This document shows, one piece after another, positions 57,701 to 64,000 of a DNA stretch of 64,000 nt (within the stretch, counting starts at the first letter, position 1; each line of letters starts with the position of its first letter). The position numbers were made by a program, and so were the translations under genes. Under the pieces are notes generated by a model. It was not told where the DNA came from. It worked only from the letters and a program-made list of their open reading frames with translations, and did not search any database. Source of the stretch: Macrostomum lignano (Eukaryota); contig NIVC01000096.1 in NCBI GenBank assembly GCA_002269645.1, positions 186,001-250,000 of the forward strand, read 5' to 3'.

Positions 57701-60700
57701 ACTTAGTTTGCTTCTTTTGCGAATTGTTTTTCTTTTGCTTCATTATTTTCCCTGAACTGCTCTTTCTTTCGCTTTCCTCTTGCCTTTCTTGGTTCTTGTG
57801 TTTTTCTGTTTTTGGTTGACTCAATTTTGCGACTTACCCCTGGTCAGCCACGATTTACGGTGGCCGGATCGGCCAGGTCGGCCAGCAGTTGCGCATGTAT
57901 GCTTATGTGTTGTGCTAGAATTTTTGCAACTATCCTTGTGCAATCAGCTAAGCTATCTGGCTCTGCTAGTGATGGCACCTAGTTGATTGGGCACCTAGGG
58001 ATTACATGTATATAGTTAGCAATCATTTTTTAGTCAAAAGTTCCACCTATACAAATCATATATAAGTTGATGGTATATGTTGACAATGACAAGCACTTAT
58101 AGTCTTCTCACATAGTAGATATATGCTTGTACATATACTATAAATCTCTAGGTGCATTTAGTTCCAGAGTGCAGAGTTCTATTATATTATTGTACACCTT
58201 TGTAAAGCAAGTTACTATGAGCATAGAGTGATTTAAAGCTCATTTAAACTTTGGCCTAAATTGATAACAATGTAAATAAGCCTTTAGTGCTATTACAAGT
58301 GTTTGTTTAATTTGTGTTTAATCAAATACTTAAATTCACTTATTTGTGGAGCCATCCCAATCCTTCAATGTATTTTATACAAGTATATATAAGCATGCAT
58401 TCAAGCTCAATTTGTGTTTGTAAGTTTTCAATGTACAAATATATATGTGATAAGGCAGTCAATAAATAATTTGTTAAGACTAGAGCTATTAGCAACAAAG
58501 TATTGTATTTACTATCTTTTTGCCAAACTGGTCACTTTCTTTTGCCAAAAAGTCCCTTTTTGAAAACTAAAAATCTTTCCTCCCTGAAGCATATTTTGCC
58601 AAAATGGGCTATATCCAATTATAGCCCTTGATATTTAAATATAAAAAGAAGGTGCCATCTTATCCAAGGCCTAGTATCCAATAAAATTAGATAGTTGAAT
58701 ATTTTATAATAGGCCAAAAGGTGGCTAGCCTAGCCTAAATAAACAAAAATATAATGTTTTTTATTATAATCTATATATAGCATTATCAAGACATTGGCAG
58801 TGAACTTTGCAGTGGCTAATCTGGTTAGTAGGCCCCTATCAACTATGTCTATAGGGCCTAGCTGCCCTAGCACTAGCAGGCCAAGTTAAACCTATAAAAC
58901 TGACAACCAAAAATAAAGACTAAAAAGAAAGGATAAGGATAATGGCTAAATACTCTAGAAAAGTGAAAAAAACATGGAAAAAATATGATACAGGAAAGGA
59001 AGAATAGAAAAAGCTAGCAAAGCAAAAACAAAGCAAGTTCAATTCACAAGAGGTGTTATAATCATTTGAAGCAAGAAATGACTAATATAGCAAGCTAGCT
59101 ACTTGTATAGTCTGAGTAATAAATTAAAAATATCCGAAGGGCCTACTAGGCCTCAGGCTCAATATAGAACTTGAAATTTAGAAAATTAGGGCTTAAACAA
59201 CTGAAGTGGGGGTAGGGGGCCTACTCAGCTACTAAGATTCATTAGACATTTTTAGTATTACGTTAAAATTGGTCAGGCTGGGGCTGGGAGGTAAGCTTAC
59301 CTTGATGTCATTAAATTGTCGATTAATGAAAAATGAATCAAAAAGCACTCGCAAATGTGGTTTAAAAGCTGATTTAGCAATAAATAACTCACATTTAAAC
59401 GAGACCTTAGACCCACTTTTCACGTCCAGCTGATATTTATACTGATTGAAAATATGCTGGGACCCCACTTCTTAAGGCTTGAAGAACCGTTCTGATTGGC
59501 TCACGTGATTTAATGAATAAATCAAAATATAAGGTAATTTAGCAAAAATTCTCTTAATTCGTTTACAAATGAAACCGAAACTCTTCAAAATGTAATTTTT
59601 GTTTAAAAAACTGTATAATAGTATACTTTTTAGAAATAATTAAACGACTACAGAAAGAAACTGAAAACATTTTTACTGTAAAAATTCGTGGAAGACGCAA
59701 GTAAAATGCTTCGACGCATATTCCCAAAAAAGAAGCAAAGAGTAGCTCACAGGTTCTTTGTTTACAGTCACTTTGTAACTCCTATGAAGAATTTTGTTTA
59801 CTAAATTGCAATCTTACGAGAACTTACTACGTTTAATGCATAAGACGTAGTAGTCTCCAAAAAGCCTTACTAGTCATTTAGGCTTTTTCCTAAATGTATA
59901 TTGGTCGACTCCTAAATAAATATTGGTCGACAACTTTTTGCAACCTAGACACCTATTGCTGCGCAGCCCTCGTATTCATGCCATTTCGGCCCTCGGAAAC
60001 AGACACACCCTTTTATTGTTGCCAATTCTTGGCTACTTATTAATTATTGCACCGCAGGGCTTTAAAATATGAAATACTGCGGTACATGTAGGTATAGAAA
60101 CATGTGACATGTAAGAGCTCCCACTCCCACAAAATGGATCTAGACTGCTGAGGGAATGTGGGAAGTCATGTCAAAATCGCAATATAATGGTAGAATCTTC
60201 CGATCTAATTCAATTACTCTCTAATTACTGTTCACCATTCAACAAAAAACTGAGGCTATATGTCAGTCACAAACTTATATTGATAAGTTTTCAAAGCAAT
60301 TTTTTCCAGCAGCTTTGCCGGTAGTTTTATGCTATATTTTATTAAGATTTTTATGCCAAAATGACTATATGATAAGTGACTATTTGTCGCAGACGTAGGA
60401 ACGCAGAGATGATTTAAATGGGTATAAAGGATTACAAATCAGCAAGCGCCAAGCTGATAGTATTATATGTCAGACGCAGATGGACCAGAGGACCAGATGC
60501 GATTCTGGGTTGCCCAGAGACAAAAATGAGAACAGAAAAACATTGCGCGCCAATGCCAATATAAAAAAGGAAAAGCTTCACAACTGTTGCTGCTGCGTTC
60601 AAAACTGATCTGATGATTCCAAGAAAACGATAACGACTAAACAGACAAAGCAGAGGTTTAACCGTCTAGAATGAATGTACAACAGGGGACCTCAAGAAAA

Positions 60701-61845
60701 TAGCAAGCACAAAGGTAGTCAAAAAGGTTAGCAGAGAAGAAAAAACAGAAAAAGAATCTAAAGAACAAAGACAAACACTTAAGAGATTGCAGTCTATAAA
60801 TTGTGTGTGGAACTTGAGTTTCTTGTGCGCAGATATTTAGTAAAATTATGATAAATATTTAAACTAGAATAGCAAATAATAAACAAAGGCCAAGCTTATA
60901 AAAAATGGCTTGAAATATCGTATATAACTGTGCTTTTCTAAATTCTAAAAAGGTCAAAAGCACAATACACTTGTAAGTAAAAAAGTGGTAGGCAATACAA
61001 AATAGAACCATACATCCTAGTTCTAAATTGATTAGAATTTATTAATTTTGTAATTGCACACTAAAAAATTATTACGCCATATTATTTGCACATTAATGAT
61101 TTTGTCGAGGAAAGCACAAATCTTAGCGACTGTTGATGACTAAACCAGTTGTGCGCATCGTAAAATAAACTAGAATATTCAACATTTCTAAATATAAAGT
61201 AACATTGAAAAAAGTGACTTTTACAACTGCCTAAAACTAGTGCAAAAACTTATTCAGTTTTTTAAAGAGGGTTACTCAATAGTCAAATAAGAAACTTGCT
61301 GATTAATAAAATATCCAGGCAATAATTAATTAGTTAACACATGTAACTAGGCTGTGTACTAATAACATCTCGAACCAATGACAAGCAGCATAGTACGATA
61401 TGAACGTGTTGGATGATGAACACCATTTAGAATTTAGCAAAATAGTCAACATATAATGGTCCCATTATTGTACTTTAAGCAAATCTATCTATACGCTGAC
61501 TGTATTGACAATGTACGCAGATAAATATAGATGAGATACGCATTGCACAGAGTAAAATGTGATAAATTTGATGTCCAATAGTACTTGTATGCCTATGGGT
61601 TCAAATTTATACAATTTTTGCCTTTAATAGTTGACGTTGCCAAACATTTTAAGCAAAAAGACATGAAATATTAACGGCAAGATGCACAGAAACATATGAT
61701 CAATATCTCCATTTCTAAAAAATTAAGTACTAAAATGAATTGCATTGCCTTTTATCATCCGGTAATAAGGTCACAAAAACTTTGTGACAAAATTGGATAT
61801 TTTAACTTAGTAATCTCGAAAATGATAGATTAGAAATTCATTATC

Positions 61846-63415
61846 CCTCAAACTGGATAGATTAGCAATCCATTCTATCCCCTCAAACTGGATAGATTAG
61901 CAATCCATTCTATTCCCTCAAACTGGATAGATTAGCAATCCATTCTATTCCCTCAAACTGGATAGATTAGCAATCCATTCTATTCCCTCAAACTGGATAG
62001 ATTAGCAATCCATTCTATCGCGTCAAACTGGATAGATTAGCAATCCATTCTATCCCCTCAAACTGGATAGATTAGCAATCCATTCTATCCCCTCAAACTG
62101 GATAGATTAGCGATCCATTCTATCCCCTCAAACTGGATAGATTAGCAATCCATTCTATCGCGTCAAACTGGATAGATTAGCAATCCATTCTATCCCCTCA
62201 AACTGGATAGATTAGCAATCCATTCTATCCCCTCAAACTGGATAGATTAGCGATCCATTCTATCCCCTCAAACTGGATAGATTAGCAATCCATTCTATCC
62301 CCTCAAACTGGATAGATTAGCGATCCATTATATTCCCTCAAACTGGATAGATTAGCAATCCATTCTATCGCGTCAAACTGGATAGATTAGCGATCCATTC
62401 TATCCCCTCAAACTGGATAGATTAGCGATCCATTATATTCCCTCAAACTGGATAGATTAGCAATCCATTCTATCGCGTCAAACTGGATAGATTAGCAATC
62501 CATTCTATCCCCTCAAACTGGATAGATTAGCAATCCATTCTATCCCCTCAAACTGGATAGATTAGCGATCCATTCTATCCCCTCAAACTGGATAGATTAG
62601 CAATCCATTCTATCCCCTCAAACTGGATAGATTAGCAATCCATTCTATTCCCTCAAACTGAATAGATTAGCAATCAATTCTATTACCTCAAACTGTATAG
62701 ATTAGCAATCCATTCTATCCCCTCAAACTGTATAGATTAGCAATCAGTTCTATCCCCTCAAACTGGATAGATTAGCGATCCATTCTATTCCCTCAAACTG
62801 AATAGATTAGCAATCAATTCTATTACCTCAAACTGAATAGATTAGCGATCCATTCTATTCCCTCAAACTGAATAGATTAGCAATCCATTCTATTCCCTCA
62901 AACTGGATAGATTAGCGATCCATTCTATCCCCTCAAACTGGATAGATTAGCAATCCATTCTATCGCCTCAAACTGGATAGATTAGCAATCCATTCTATCC
63001 CCTCAAACTGGATAGATTAGCAATCAGTTCTATTCCCTCAAACTGTATAGATTAGCAATCCATTCTATCGCGTCAAACTGTATGGATTAGCAATCCATTA
63101 TATTCCCTCAAACTGGATAGATTAGCAAACCATTCTATCGCGTCAAACTGTATAGATTAGCAATCCATTCTATTCCCTCAAACTGGATAGATTAGCGATC
63201 CATTCTATCCCCTCAAACTGGATAGATTAGCAATCCATTATATTCCCTCAAACTGGATAGATTAGCAATCCATTCTATCCCCTCAAACTGGATAGATTAG
63301 CAATCCATTCTATCCCCTCAAACTGGATAGATTAGCAATCCATTCTATCCCCTCAAACTGTATAGATTAGCAATCCATTCTATCCCTCAAACAGGATAGA
63401 TTAGCAATCCATTTT
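61846..63415. repeat. 35-bp satellite CCTCAAACTGGATAGATTAGCAATCCATTCTATCC, ~45 units
   Basis: Direct reading; period 35. Confidence 0.97.
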
Positions 63416-63824
63416 ATTCCAATAAAAGCATTAACAATGTAACCTTTGATTCCTAAATATAATAACCATAATTGCACAAATATTTTGCTTTTGCAACAAA
63501 AGCAACAAAATTTTGATATGCAGCCCGGATAAGAATAATAAAGAGTACAAAAGCATTGCTAGCAATATGATAAAGTCACTTCTAAAGCATCATGTTATTA
63601 CGCGTACAAATAATTGAAAAGACTTTTTTTTAAAAACAAAGCTTTTTCTGTCTCGACCTGCCTGTCGCAGTAGAAGAAAGCAAAATGTTTTAACAAAATC
63701 CCTGAACAGCGAGAAAAATTGATATATAAGTAGACAATAAACAAACTATTAGAGAGCATTGTTACCCTAGCAACCGCAAAAAACACGCAAAAGGAAACTA
63801 TGAAATTGAAATTAGGGACACAGC

Positions 63825-64000
63825 TCAGAGAAGATGCCGACTAGGCGGGCTTGAATTGGCGTACACGCCCTCCTGATCGCAGCTGTTCTGCTGCTGCTGC
63901 TGTAGTTGTTCCTCGTCAATGCCGGGCAAATTACTACTACAAGTAGGCTGAGCACTGCTATTAGAATCTTTCAATTTCAGCATTAGAAGGCGCTGTTGCT
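63825..64000 (-). CDS. Possible last coding exon of a neighbouring gene (..LPGIDEEQLQQQQQNSCDQEGVYANSSPPSRHLL*)
   Basis: Frame open from window edge to TGA at 63825-63827; GC-richer with CAG run; no homology recognised. Confidence 0.4.
   Translation of the reverse strand, partial: QQRLLMLKLKDSNSSAQPTCSSNLPGIDEEQLQQQQQNSCDQEGVYANSSPPSRHLL

Larger units (their letters stand above)
55196..57901. mobile_element. Non-autonomous hAT-type DNA transposon, 2706 bp
   Basis: 15-bp perfect TIR CATACATGCGCAACT, 8-bp TSD CTTATGTG (55188-55195, 57902-57909), subterminal GCGACTTA motifs. Confidence 0.85.

Noticed and set aside
61846-63415. CRISPR-like array (35-bp palindromic repeats)
   Set aside because: No unique spacers, no cas genes, eukaryotic context

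Overview
Eukaryotic (animal-type) genomic DNA with spliceosomal introns, GC-rich exons and a very high tandem-repeat load; the style is reminiscent of the flatworm Macrostomum, but I cannot confirm the organism. (1) A complete BTAF1/Mot1 gene lies on the minus strand (31821-52849, 17 exons, 1800 aa, all phases reconciled by hand); 13 of its 16 introns carry their own distinct mini/microsatellite. (2) A convergent plus-strand gene of unknown family (~10.0-30.0 kb) has an apparent variable-exon architecture: a non-coding leader exon, a 5.2-kb satellite, four paralogous symmetric phase-2 exons that each carry an ATG 4 nt after the acceptor (plus one out-of-phase sibling), and two alternative phase-2 downstream exons sharing an unrecognised ~190-aa domain. 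(3) The left 7.3 kb is a segmental duplicate of ~28-43 kb: an intact, strongly diverged paralog of the unknown ORF next to a BTAF1 relic whose exons were removed by deletions joining intronic repeat arrays. (4) Mobile DNA includes Helitron-like elements, a Tc1/IS630-like element with TA TSD, a hAT element with 8-bp TSD that splits a CpG-depleted domain, and a tRNA/CORE-like SINE. Most long ORFs in the supplied track are artefacts of stop-free repeats. All counts and identities are by eye.
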